A stretch of DNA of 64,000 bases, taken from IMG/VR virus record IMGVR_UViG_3300017912_002752; one strand, written 5' to 3'. The stretch's first letter is position 1. Each line of letters starts with the position of its first letter. This DNA is from a virus. Taxonomy: Duplodnaviria; Caudoviricetes. The position numbers were made by a program, and so were the translations under genes. The notes below the pieces were generated by a model. The model was not told where the DNA came from, did no database searches, and saw only the letters and a program-made list of their open reading frames with translations. Of this stretch, positions 9,202 to 17,882 are shown piece after piece.

Positions 9202-9870
9202 TTAATCAAATGAAAATAACAATTTTAAAACTTCATCTAAAGATTCGTGTCTATGATTGTCCTTTAGATTTACATTAAATACATATTCAGATTCCTTTAA
9301 TTTATGTACTTCGTGTACCGCAGAATCGTTTGCAAATTTCAAATCGATTTGTTGTGGGTCACCACATAACATCATCGTGGATTTTTTACCCAATCTACCC
9401 AATACCATAGCTAATTGTTGTTTGGTAAGATTTTGAAACTCATCTACTATAACTATTGAATTATCAAAAGTTCTTCCACGAAAATGTGATAGAGATACTA
9501 ATTCTATGTTTTCGTCACTTTCCATCTTCTGTAAAATATTTGGTTTGTTGTAAACTTTTCTCATATTAGAACGAATTGGAACTAACCAGGGTTCCATTTT
9601 CTCATCCAATGAGCCAGGAAGGAATCCATTGTCTTCATTTGATATGGTAGGTCTTGTAATAACTATTTTGTTTACTTCTCGTTTAAAAAAACAATCCAAT
9701 GCAATCTGTACTGCTAATAGAGTTTTACCACTACCTGCTTTTCCTAATATAAAATTGAATGGATGATTTCTAATTTCTGCTTTTGCGAGTTTTTGTTCTT
9801 CAGAAAGGGTGATTGAGAATCTAACATTTCCCTTCGGAGCCCGCTTAGTAATGTTTTCTGCCATAGACAA
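9202..9870 (-). CDS. phoH: PhoH-like ATPase
   Basis: Walker A GKAGSGKT, ITRP, GFLPG, FRGRTF, IVDEFQN, GDPQQID, HRH motifs. Confidence 0.93.
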   Translation of the reverse strand: MSMAENITKRAPKGNVRFSITLSEEQKLAKAEIRNHPFNFILGKAGSGKTLLAVQIALDCFFKREVNKIVITRPTISNEDNGFLPGSLDEKMEPWLVPIRSNMRKVYNKPNILQKMESDENIELVSLSHFRGRTFDNSIVIVDEFQNLTKQQLAMVLGRLGKKSTMMLCGDPQQIDLKFANDSAVHEVHKLKESEYVFNVNLKDNHRHESLDEVLKLLFSFD

Positions 9871-9905
9871 TCCTTTTGTGGTTTATAATAAATATGAGTT
9901 GGCAT

Positions 9906-9932
9906 AAAAAAAGGGTGACCGAAGCCACCCTT
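9906..9932 (-). terminator. Rho-independent terminator after the major capsid gene
   Basis: Minus strand AAGGGUGGC-UUCG-GUCACCCUUUUUUU: stem with UUCG tetraloop followed by a U tract. Confidence 0.9.
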
Positions 9933-9960
9933 AATTTAATGATAATTAGATATCTAATAA

Positions 9961-11604
9961 TTATCCAATTACTTCAAGTCCATGTACAAGAACCTTACCA
10001 TAGAACTCACCTCTTACCATTTGCTTAGCGTATCTTGTCATTACACCTTTTCTTGGTTGGAAGTTAGTTGGGTCATATACAAGTGGAGTCATGATTAATG
10101 GAATATACGGAGCGTATACAGCACCTGTTTCTAGGAACTGAGAACCTTTAAATCCAAGAAGAATCACATTCTCTTTCATGTATGGGTTTTTGTAAACTTG
10201 GTATCTGTTAGCAAAAGAACCTACTTGGCTTACACCAAATGCGAACTGAGCTTGCTCACCTGTACCATTTCCATGGAATCCTGGAATTGACTCAAGGATA
10301 GTAGCTACATCAGGAGATACTACCATGAAGTTTGCTCCACCTCTCATAGTCTTCGCGTGGATTTGGTTAGAGACTCTTTGTAACTGAGTACCTAAAGTCT
10401 GGAACCATTGTTGTTGAGTATATCTCTCAACTGCTGCGTTAAGACCACTTGATGTGAATCCTGCACCATTCCAAGAGTATCCGATTCTTGCAGACCAGTA
10501 ACCCGTAGTTAATGCATTTTCTAATAACATATCTAAGATTTCTAAGTCAATCTCTTGTGAGATGTACTCAGATAACATAGAAGTTAATTCAGCTTCAGCG
10601 TCAATTGAGTGGTATGCGTTTAAATCTTGTGCGAACTCAGGCGTCCATTGTGCTTTCAACTTTCTTGTCTTAGCTACGATTGGAACACTTCTAAGTTCAA
10701 CATTCAATTCTGGAATACCTAAATCAGAACCACCAGCTGAAGTATCTTCAAAGTCACCTCTTGTAACATCAGTAGGTTGTTTTTGATACTTAACAACTAA
10801 TTGGTCAAGAATTGCACCTGATACCATTCTTACGATTGCAGTAATACTGTTTGACCCATCATACTTAGTAAATTGTGGGTAAACTTCAGCAACACCAGAA
10901 CCAGAGATACTATATGCTTTAACACCTTCTAAATCAGGGTTAGTTAAGTTACCTTTGTGGATTGTTACTTTTCTGATTAATGCACCATATCCAGCACTAG
11001 CGATAGATGCTGAGAATGAAGTATCATAATCGAAATCAGCACCACCAGTATTTAAGTTTACTGACGCAGATGCGAACACATTAGAATCAGTAGCAGCTGC
11101 TCCGATAGATTGTGCACTTGATGCAGTTTCGTTGATTGAATAACCAAATCTACCAGAACCGTAAAGACCTTCACTTGCCTCACTTGCAGTTTCAGTAATA
11201 CCGAATACTGAGTCAGTTTGTGAATCTTTTCCAGCACCTGTTTCAAAATTTGGTTGTGCAGTACCATACTTAAAGTCTAAGTAAAATACAAGACCAGATG
11301 GTAAGTTCATTGGTTGTACAGAAACGAATTCTTTAGCAGCGATTTCGCTGAAAATTCTTCTAACCAATGGAAGTGCTACACCTGCCCACTCTTCAGAGTT
11401 TGCAGAAGTACCAGTTGAAGAAGCCTCTTTTACTAATTCTCTAGCTTGGTTCTCAAGTAGAGTAGCAATAGAACTTCTCTCGAAATCAGACTCGATACCT
11501 TCTAAAAGGCCAGTCTTTTCCCACTTAGATACAAGACCTTTTGACTCTTCAGACATTTTTCTTGTATACCCAGCGGACTCGTTTAATAATGAATTTGTAT
11601 CCAT
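9961..11604 (-). CDS. Major capsid protein, T4 gp23-like
   Basis: VQPMNLPSGLVFYLDF, AKTRKLKAQWTPEFAQDLNAYH-IDAEAEL, YAPYIPL, FQPRKGVMTRY are hallmark gp23 motifs. Confidence 0.96.
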   Translation of the reverse strand: MDTNSLLNESAGYTRKMSEESKGLVSKWEKTGLLEGIESDFERSSIATLLENQARELVKEASSTGTSANSEEWAGVALPLVRRIFSEIAAKEFVSVQPMNLPSGLVFYLDFKYGTAQPNFETGAGKDSQTDSVFGITETASEASEGLYGSGRFGYSINETASSAQSIGAAATDSNVFASASVNLNTGGADFDYDTSFSASIASAGYGALIRKVTIHKGNLTNPDLEGVKAYSISGSGVAEVYPQFTKYDGSNSITAIVRMVSGAILDQLVVKYQKQPTDVTRGDFEDTSAGGSDLGIPELNVELRSVPIVAKTRKLKAQWTPEFAQDLNAYHSIDAEAELTSMLSEYISQEIDLEILDMLLENALTTGYWSARIGYSWNGAGFTSSGLNAAVERYTQQQWFQTLGTQLQRVSNQIHAKTMRGGANFMVVSPDVATILESIPGFHGNGTGEQAQFAFGVSQVGSFANRYQVYKNPYMKENVILLGFKGSQFLETGAVYAPYIPLIMTPLVYDPTNFQPRKGVMTRYAKQMVRGEFYGKVLVHGLEVIG

Positions 11605-11627
11605 TGTTTCTTCCTCTATTTTTTAAA

Positions 11628-12800
11628 TTATTTTATTAATCCTGCTAACTTCTTAAATCTGTTAGCAACTTCGTTACCTTCAGAGATTATTCCCTTGTTA
11701 GGTGCAGTACTTGCAGTTGGTTTAGAAGCGATTCCTTCTTTAACAACAGTTTTCTTTTTTCTTGCAACATTTAAGTTTTCACCTAATGTAGCAAAAACAA
11801 GCTTAACTTCTCTTAAGTTTGCAGCTCTATCAAAGTTCTCGATAACTTTAACTTTTTGTGACTCATTCAAATCAAAAGTTCTAAATAGTTTGTTAGTATA
11901 AAGTAATTTAGCGTTTAGTAAGTTTACTTCGTTGATTGTACCTTTCAATGATTCGATAGTTGCGTATGCCTCTTCAAGTTCATTGTGATAGTCTTCATCA
12001 GCTTTTTCTTCTTCTTCTACATCTTCTACTTCTTCTACTTCCTCTTCTTCAGACACTTCTTCTTCTTCGTCCATATCTTCTTCTTCTGACATTTCTTTTA
12101 AAGTTTCAATGATTTCGTCAATGTTTAACTCGTCATCGTTTTCAACATCAGATGAATCAGATGCGTCATCAGATGGTTCAGCGTTTTCGCCATCACCAAT
12201 ATCAGATGAGTCTAATTCTTCTTTGACTTCTTCTTCCTCGTCAACTTCATCTTCTTCGTTGATTGAAGCTTCAAGTTCTTTGATTACAGATTCTAAATCA
12301 AGTTCGTCTTCTTCTTCGATTTCTTCTTCGTCCATGTCTTTCATTTCGTCTGCAGGACCTTCTTCTTCTGCGTCATCAGCAGATTCTTCGTCATGCATTT
12401 CGTCTTCGTGACCATCGACTTCTGAGTCAATCATATCTTCGACTTCTTCTTTTTCCTCTGAATCTAATTCCTCATCAGCTTTATCGTGAGAAGTTTCTTC
12501 AACTTCTTCCTCTTCGTTAGCTTCGTCTTCGACTTCGTCTATGTCTTCTTCTTCAGCAACTTCTTCACCTTCATAGGTTTCGTCAGCTACTTCTTCTTCA
12601 GATTTCATTGCCATTTCATCAGCAACTTCTTCTTCATCGACATCTTCTTCGTCTAATTCTTCAGCTATCTTATGAGAAAGCATTGATTGAAGTTTTGGAG
12701 TGAAGGCTTCTTCTAAGGCCATTTTTGCGTTTGCTAATGCAGTTTCTTTTACTGCCTTTGCGTCAGCGATAGCCTCTTTTAATAAATCAGATTTAGCCAT
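11628..12800 (-). CDS. Prohead core scaffolding protein (gp22-like), highly acidic
   Basis: Directly upstream of the MCP; Glu/Asp-rich coiled coil; C-terminal RFKKLAGLIK; many [LI]xE sites. Confidence 0.8.
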   Translation of the reverse strand: MAKSDLLKEAIADAKAVKETALANAKMALEEAFTPKLQSMLSHKIAEELDEEDVDEEEVADEMAMKSEEEVADETYEGEEVAEEEDIDEVEDEANEEEEVEETSHDKADEELDSEEKEEVEDMIDSEVDGHEDEMHDEESADDAEEEGPADEMKDMDEEEIEEEDELDLESVIKELEASINEEDEVDEEEEVKEELDSSDIGDGENAEPSDDASDSSDVENDDELNIDEIIETLKEMSEEEDMDEEEEVSEEEEVEEVEDVEEEEKADEDYHNELEEAYATIESLKGTINEVNLLNAKLLYTNKLFRTFDLNESQKVKVIENFDRAANLREVKLVFATLGENLNVARKKKTVVKEGIASKPTASTAPNKGIISEGNEVANRFKKLAGLIK

Positions 12801-12831
12801 TTCTGTCTCTCCTTAATTAAATTTTGGATAA

Positions 12832-12899
12832 TAAGATTATTGGGAATCTTAATAACGATTGTTATTATAAAAATAAGTGACCACACATTGGGGTGTGGT
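12832..12899 (-). promoter_or_regulatory. Three-hairpin leader of the scaffold-MCP operon
   Basis: Perfect stems taagatt/aatctta (12832-12851), aataac/gttatt (12851-12866) and accacac/gtgtggt (12880-12899); first and third share the loop CCCAAU on the mRNA strand. Confidence 0.55.
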
Positions 12900-12955
12900 A
12901 TTGTTTACGACAATAAATATGGTAAAACTTTATAAAACGATAAAGTGTTTGCCAT

Positions 12956-13204
12956 TTAATTTTGCTCTCTTAATCTTCGTATATATTCTTTACGGATAGC
13001 ATCTTGTTTTTGTTTCCTTCTAACCGCTGATGGTTTGATATACTCTCGTCTATCTTTTACCTCTTGTAAGATGCCTGATTCTTTTACCTGTCGTTTCCAA
13101 AACTTAAGTGCGGCTTCTAAATTACCATTTACCACTTTTGCAGCTCTGTATCTGCCAGGAATAATCATTTCCTCTTTTCTTACTTTTTTGTATTTCTTTG
13201 TCAT
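12956..13204 (-). CDS. rpsU: Phage-encoded ribosomal protein bS21
   Basis: V.NGNLEAALKFWKRQVKESGILQEVKDRREYIKPSAVRR matches the bS21 pattern (xxALxxFKR...G...E.R.R..Y.KPS..R). Confidence 0.88.
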   Translation of the reverse strand: MTKKYKKVRKEEMIIPGRYRAAKVVNGNLEAALKFWKRQVKESGILQEVKDRREYIKPSAVRRKQKQDAIRKEYIRRLREQN

Positions 13205-13246
13205 ATATTAAAGATTAAGTATTTGTAAATAAATATTAAAAAAAAG

Positions 13247-13858
13247 TTAATCAAAATAGTTTTTGTCAACTTCTTTTATCCAACTTGTATCCCAAAAGGT
13301 TCTGTCAGGTTTTCCAACAGTTTCATCTACTGCTTTCATCAAACCACTCCATTCAGGAATATAATCGTGTCCTGCAATTATACCATTAGATTTTAGTTTA
13401 GGTAGAAATAAATTTATATCTTTTAATACATCTTCATATTCATGCGATGCATCAATGTATAAAAAATCATATGAACCATTTTTAAATTTATCTGCTATGT
13501 TATAACTAAAATCTTTGTGAAGGGTAATGTTGTCAAAATGTCTTGTGTTCGTTTTAAATTCATCATATACAATATCCCAGTTAATTGCAAACATATCATT
13601 AAACTCTTCGTAACCACTAAATGGTTCTATACAATGTATCTCAGTAAAAATATTTGAACTTGCAAACATCATTGTAGACTCACCCATATATGAACCTATC
13701 TCAATCATCTTTAGATTTTCCATATCACCACGATTCCAAAAGATTTCATGTATATGGGTAAGCATATGTGCTACTCCAATAAACTGATGATTTGTTCTTT
13801 TTTCACCCAACCAATGTTTTGGATAATTAAATCTAAGAGTAGGTTTCAAATCTTTCAT
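13247..13858 (-). CDS. Class I SAM-dependent methyltransferase (Methyltransf_24-like)
   Basis: IEIGSYMGEST, DFLYIDASHEYEDV..D, LKSNGIIAGHDY. Confidence 0.88.
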   Translation of the reverse strand: MKDLKPTLRFNYPKHWLGEKRTNHQFIGVAHMLTHIHEIFWNRGDMENLKMIEIGSYMGESTMMFASSNIFTEIHCIEPFSGYEEFNDMFAINWDIVYDEFKTNTRHFDNITLHKDFSYNIADKFKNGSYDFLYIDASHEYEDVLKDINLFLPKLKSNGIIAGHDYIPEWSGLMKAVDETVGKPDRTFWDTSWIKEVDKNYFD

Positions 13859-14453
13859 AATAAAATCCGTTTTGAAAATCTTTTCCTATTGGTCTATCAG
13901 AATATACACATAGATACGCTCTTCTTGGTTTATCTGTTATATTTTTCCCTGACTTATGTAGTGTATTTCCATTCATTAACAATACATCACCTTTTTCAGG
14001 AAACAATGATATCCATTCGTTATTATCGTAGACTTGTATAAACCCATTTTCTGGTGTAAAATCATCAAGAACTAACATACAATTAATTGTAAGTAAGCTT
14101 TCATCAAAAGGATATGGACCATACTGATTATCACGATGTGATTCAAAGTCAAAGTTTTCATGTGGTTCTTTGACTACGATTTGGTCATTAAATAAAAATG
14201 GATTTGGAATGTATGGAGTTATGATATCATACATAAACTTTGATGTGTAAATATCAAATAATTTTTTGTTTTCTAAACCAGACATCGCTTCACATTTAGA
14301 TGCCATGTCTAAACCCTTCCAATAAATACCTGAACCATAAAGTTTAGAAGTTCCTTCTAATGGTTTGATTGTCTCTTTTACTTTTAAAGTGTAGTGTTGT
14401 AAATACTCTATTACTTGTTGAGGTATTTTGTTTTTTTGTAACTGATATTTCAA
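13833..14453 (-). CDS. PhyH-like Fe(II)/2-oxoglutarate dioxygenase
   Basis: HRD facial-triad start, LDDFTPENG, GDVLLMNGNTLHKSGKN...RRAY. Confidence 0.82.
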   Translation of the reverse strand: MKYQLQKNKIPQQVIEYLQHYTLKVKETIKPLEGTSKLYGSGIYWKGLDMASKCEAMSGLENKKLFDIYTSKFMYDIITPYIPNPFLFNDQIVVKEPHENFDFESHRDNQYGPYPFDESLLTINCMLVLDDFTPENGFIQVYDNNEWISLFPEKGDVLLMNGNTLHKSGKNITDKPRRAYLCVYSDRPIGKDFQNGFYYERFETYS

Positions 14454-14471
14454 TTATATAAATTTAGAGGG

Positions 14472-14630
14472 TTATGATGATAAGTCATCAACTTTTTCTT
14501 TGAAATCAACAAATGCTTTTGCAAATGCTTTTTTTGTCTTAGGGTCTAACTTGTTAATGTTCTTAAGTGCTTTCTTATACATGATAGAAAGGTCTACTGA
14601 TATGTCCTGTAAGATTTCACCTTTATCCAT
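14472..14630 (-). CDS. Small hypothetical protein (52 aa; below the ORF-track cutoff)
   Basis: MDKGEILQDISVDLSIMYKKALKNINKLDPKTKKAFAKAFVDFKEKVDDLSS; TAATG coupling to the upstream gene. Confidence 0.65.
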   Translation of the reverse strand: MDKGEILQDISVDLSIMYKKALKNINKLDPKTKKAFAKAFVDFKEKVDDLSS

Positions 14631-15082
14631 TACTTTGCCTTACCTTTTTTAACATCTCTCTTTAATTCTTCAAGAGCTCTGATTTGGTCTTGGATTGCAG
14701 TTAGTAAATCTACATTTCTATATTTAGCTTGTTTTCTAACGGCTAACATTGCGATTCTTTTTTCTTCAGTAGATGCTCCTTCGTTTACGATAGGTTCTTC
14801 ACTTACTGATTCACCTAATGCGTTTGCAACAGGAGTAAATTTATCGTAACCTTTTTTAGAAAAGAATTTTTTACTTTTATAAAGGTCCATTAATTTATCA
14901 ACAACAGGTTGTTTAATAAGATGAATATTTTTAGGAGTCAAAGTTGTTGGCACCATTCCTAAAAAGTTAACTGCTGAAGATAGTGTATACTTTTCACCAT
15001 CCGATAAACCTTTTATTTTGTCTGAAAGATTTTCGTTAACAACACTTTTATTTTCGTTTAGTATGTTTTTTAACTTAATCAT
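14630..15082 (-). CDS. Probable capsid-internal protein
   Basis: Starts MIKLKNILNE; internal VVNE, ESVSE, IVNE motifs; lies in the head module. Confidence 0.55.
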   Translation of the reverse strand: MIKLKNILNENKSVVNENLSDKIKGLSDGEKYTLSSAVNFLGMVPTTLTPKNIHLIKQPVVDKLMDLYKSKKFFSKKGYDKFTPVANALGESVSEEPIVNEGASTEEKRIAMLAVRKQAKYRNVDLLTAIQDQIRALEELKRDVKKGKAK

Positions 15083-15651
15083 TTTATTAGGTCCTTTAAT
15101 TTCATTGATTTAGATTCGTTAGTAAATTTCTTGGCATTTTCTTTATCTTTTTTGTCAACACCTTTTACAGGATATTTTTTTCCATCTACTTCAAATTCAT
15201 TTTCGCCTTTAGCAATTGCTTTAGCTCTTTCAGCGCCAAATTCGTTTCCTTCTTTAATTTCATAATATTTCGAAAGTACTTCACCGATTTCATCATAAGT
15301 GGACTCCAATCTCTGTTGTAGTGTATGAACTTCTGTTAAAGTTTTTTGGAATACTTTAAAAGATTCGTTCATGGATTTCATATGTCTATTAACTGTAACT
15401 CTATCAAACCAATCACCTGTTTCTTCAAGTGTTACTTTGTTTGCGTTTTCAACAATACCTTTAATAGCAGTATATGTTTCCATAAGGTCACCATTACGAT
15501 AAATTGTTTCACCAAATTTTTTATATGCAGATACGGCTTCAAGAAAAGCTTTCTTCTCTTCAGAAGTCATTCTCTTTTCTTCCTCTTCTTCACCGATGTT
15601 TAATCTTTTATAAGACTTAGTTGATTCGTTTAATAAGTTTTTTAATTTCAT
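15079..15651 (-). CDS. Probable capsid-internal/prohead core protein
   Basis: Starts MKLKNLLNE and ends MKLKDLIK; immediately downstream of the prohead protease. Confidence 0.55.
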   Translation of the reverse strand: MKLKNLLNESTKSYKRLNIGEEEEEKRMTSEEKKAFLEAVSAYKKFGETIYRNGDLMETYTAIKGIVENANKVTLEETGDWFDRVTVNRHMKSMNESFKVFQKTLTEVHTLQQRLESTYDEIGEVLSKYYEIKEGNEFGAERAKAIAKGENEFEVDGKKYPVKGVDKKDKENAKKFTNESKSMKLKDLIK

Positions 15652-15664
15652 AATTATTCCCTAT

Positions 15665-16297
15665 CTAAAAACATTCACAATAACCACCAACTTCACAGAT
15701 GATGTCTCTCATGATATCTTGTGCTTTGTTATATCTATAAGTATCCTGTTTTCTTTCAATACCTTCTTTTAATACACCTTCATTTTTTGGTGACATAAAT
15801 GCCCCATGAGTTGAAGGGTTGGATACAAAGTCCCAACAAATTAGTTCAAAGTCATTTTCTACTGCAACAGTTCCATCTTCACTAATCTGTTTTACCGAAC
15901 CCATACCTCTTGATGAAATACCAACCGTACATCCTGCGTTGATTATTTCTTGTAATATTTTTCCAGTTGGTGTGTTTAAAATCTCTACTGTACCAACCAC
16001 ATCGTCACCACGCCACTTTACATCTCTTACAATATGAGATGTATTTTTTAATTCTACTACTGAAGACTCTGGATGGTCAAGTTCACCATATGCTCTATTC
16101 TCGGCAATTTCTCTACCAAGATATTTGGTAACTTCTCGTTTAAGAATATCTTTTGGATAGACTCTACCATTTTGATTTTTAGCATTTGCTCTTTGAAGAA
16201 CACCATTAACTAAAAATCTACCATGTTGATTTTTTGCCTCTTTCAACATAGTAGGAGTTACTTCAAATACCATTGTGTCAATAAGTAATTCTTTCAT
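15665..16297 (-). CDS. Prohead core protease, T4 gp21-like
   Basis: NQNGRVYP, GELDHP (catalytic His), GISSRGMGS (catalytic Ser), DFVSNPS. Confidence 0.95.
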   Translation of the reverse strand: MKELLIDTMVFEVTPTMLKEAKNQHGRFLVNGVLQRANAKNQNGRVYPKDILKREVTKYLGREIAENRAYGELDHPESSVVELKNTSHIVRDVKWRGDDVVGTVEILNTPTGKILQEIINAGCTVGISSRGMGSVKQISEDGTVAVENDFELICWDFVSNPSTHGAFMSPKNEGVLKEGIERKQDTYRYNKAQDIMRDIICEVGGYCECF

Positions 16298-16447
16298 CTA
16301 GCCTTCCCATTGTTTTTTCTTACGATATAAATCAAAGAATACTCTTGCTAATTCATGTCGAATTAGTTTTCTGATTTGTTGGATGTCATTTACTTCCAAC
16401 TCCTCTTTTAAGGTCATCTTTTTATTTTCATTACATCCACAAGACAT
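16298..16447 (-). CDS. Small hypothetical protein (49 aa; below the ORF-track cutoff)
   Basis: MSCGCNENKKMTLKEELEVNDIQQIRKLIRHELARVFFDLYRKKKQWEG-TAG; fills the gap between flanking genes. Confidence 0.65.
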   Translation of the reverse strand: MSCGCNENKKMTLKEELEVNDIQQIRKLIRHELARVFFDLYRKKKQWEG

Positions 16448-16448
16448 A

Positions 16449-16997
16449 TTATGCGCTCAGTTCTTTTAGTTGTCGTGCAACTTTTAACATTCTTTCAGAA
16501 ATTTTTCCAAATCTTCTTTGAGTGGATTTCCAATATTGTCCATTGTGAACTCCCATCTCAGTTTTAAGTTTAGAGTTTTGATTTACAATCTTAGTTATTT
16601 CCCACATCAATCTATTAATCTCTTTGATTGAGGTGTTTACTTTCTGATGAGCTTTCATTGAGTCATCTCTTTTGTAATCACGATAACTTGCTTCAATCAA
16701 ACTTTCTAATTTTTTTTCTAACTTAGATTCAACCGATTCCATTTTTTTAATATTCTTGTTTGTCTTCTTAGATTTCTTATATCCGAATACTTCTATATGG
16801 TCGTTGTCTAAATCGTCTTCTGATTTAGCAAATGCGTAAGGAGTTTTTGGTGGACCTGCTCCACCATCTAAATTACCTGTAACATTTGCTTCGTCCTTAG
16901 TCTCTTCTTCCTCTTCTTCTTGTCCAAGTAGAACAGTTTTCTTTTCTTCTAATTCTTCGAATCTTTTGTCGAGTTGTTCAAGTAAAAATTTAGACAT
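16449..16997 (-). CDS. Hypothetical head-module protein
   Basis: 182 aa between portal and protease; TPYAF motif; LIE site. Confidence 0.6.
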   Translation of the reverse strand: MSKFLLEQLDKRFEELEEKKTVLLGQEEEEEETKDEANVTGNLDGGAGPPKTPYAFAKSEDDLDNDHIEVFGYKKSKKTNKNIKKMESVESKLEKKLESLIEASYRDYKRDDSMKAHQKVNTSIKEINRLMWEITKIVNQNSKLKTEMGVHNGQYWKSTQRRFGKISERMLKVARQLKELSA

Positions 16998-17833
16998 TAT
17001 TTTCTCCTTAGTTCTTCTAATAGTTGGTTATATCTTAAAAGAGCCAAAATCTGATTCTCGTTTACTACTTTGTGCTTAGTTAACTCTCTTATCAGATTAA
17101 TAGTTTCATTTAATTTTATTTGAGTAACTTTATCATTAATTTTAATTGATTTTAGTTCTCTTTTTAATCTAGCTACTTCAGAAACAACAAATTTTCTTAA
17201 GTTACCTGAATTATCAATGTTATTGATGTAATTCTTTAGTATAACTTTTTGTGATTCTGATAAACTTGAATATTTTGAGTTAAATGAATCTACCAAGAAC
17301 TTATATGCTAATAATCTGACCTCTTTTGGTTGTTTAGCATACTCTTTATTTGAAGTGTCTTCTTTTATCACAACTTTATCTGTTGTAATCGCTTCAAATA
17401 TTGTACTTTTACATTCAACATACTCTTTTGGTGAATTTGATTCTGTATGTTCAAACAATTTGTATGCTGATGCCAATTCTTTGTAATTATTAACTCTATA
17501 TTTAAAGAAGTCCTCAATTATATAAGAATCTTTTATTGATTTAATCAAATTATATTTTTCTTTCTTAAGATTTGTTTCATTTAACTTAGCTCGTTCTTTT
17601 AAAACTATATTTAAAAACTCTTGTGCTTTATATTGTGAATCAAAGTTCTCTTTTGTAAGAGCTTGGTACAATTTTAATTCCGTAGCAAGTTGAGAACCTT
17701 TTCTAAAGTGTTTTTTTATAATTTGAGTTGCATAGCAGGGTTTATCTGACAATGTATCAGAGGCAATCTGTCGAACTAATAGTTCAAAGATAATACCTGT
17801 GTTTTTAAATTTACTATGTTTTAATTTGCTCAT
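16997..17833 (-). CDS. Hypothetical head-module protein
   Basis: 278 aa, helical; starts KLKHSKFKNTGIIFELLVRQI; directly downstream of the portal. Confidence 0.65.
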   Translation of the reverse strand: MSKLKHSKFKNTGIIFELLVRQIASDTLSDKPCYATQIIKKHFRKGSQLATELKLYQALTKENFDSQYKAQEFLNIVLKERAKLNETNLKKEKYNLIKSIKDSYIIEDFFKYRVNNYKELASAYKLFEHTESNSPKEYVECKSTIFEAITTDKVVIKEDTSNKEYAKQPKEVRLLAYKFLVDSFNSKYSSLSESQKVILKNYINNIDNSGNLRKFVVSEVARLKRELKSIKINDKVTQIKLNETINLIRELTKHKVVNENQILALLRYNQLLEELRRK

Positions 17834-17882
17834 ATCTAATGCCTTGTTACTAACAACTACAATATAAATATCTAAAAAATAA

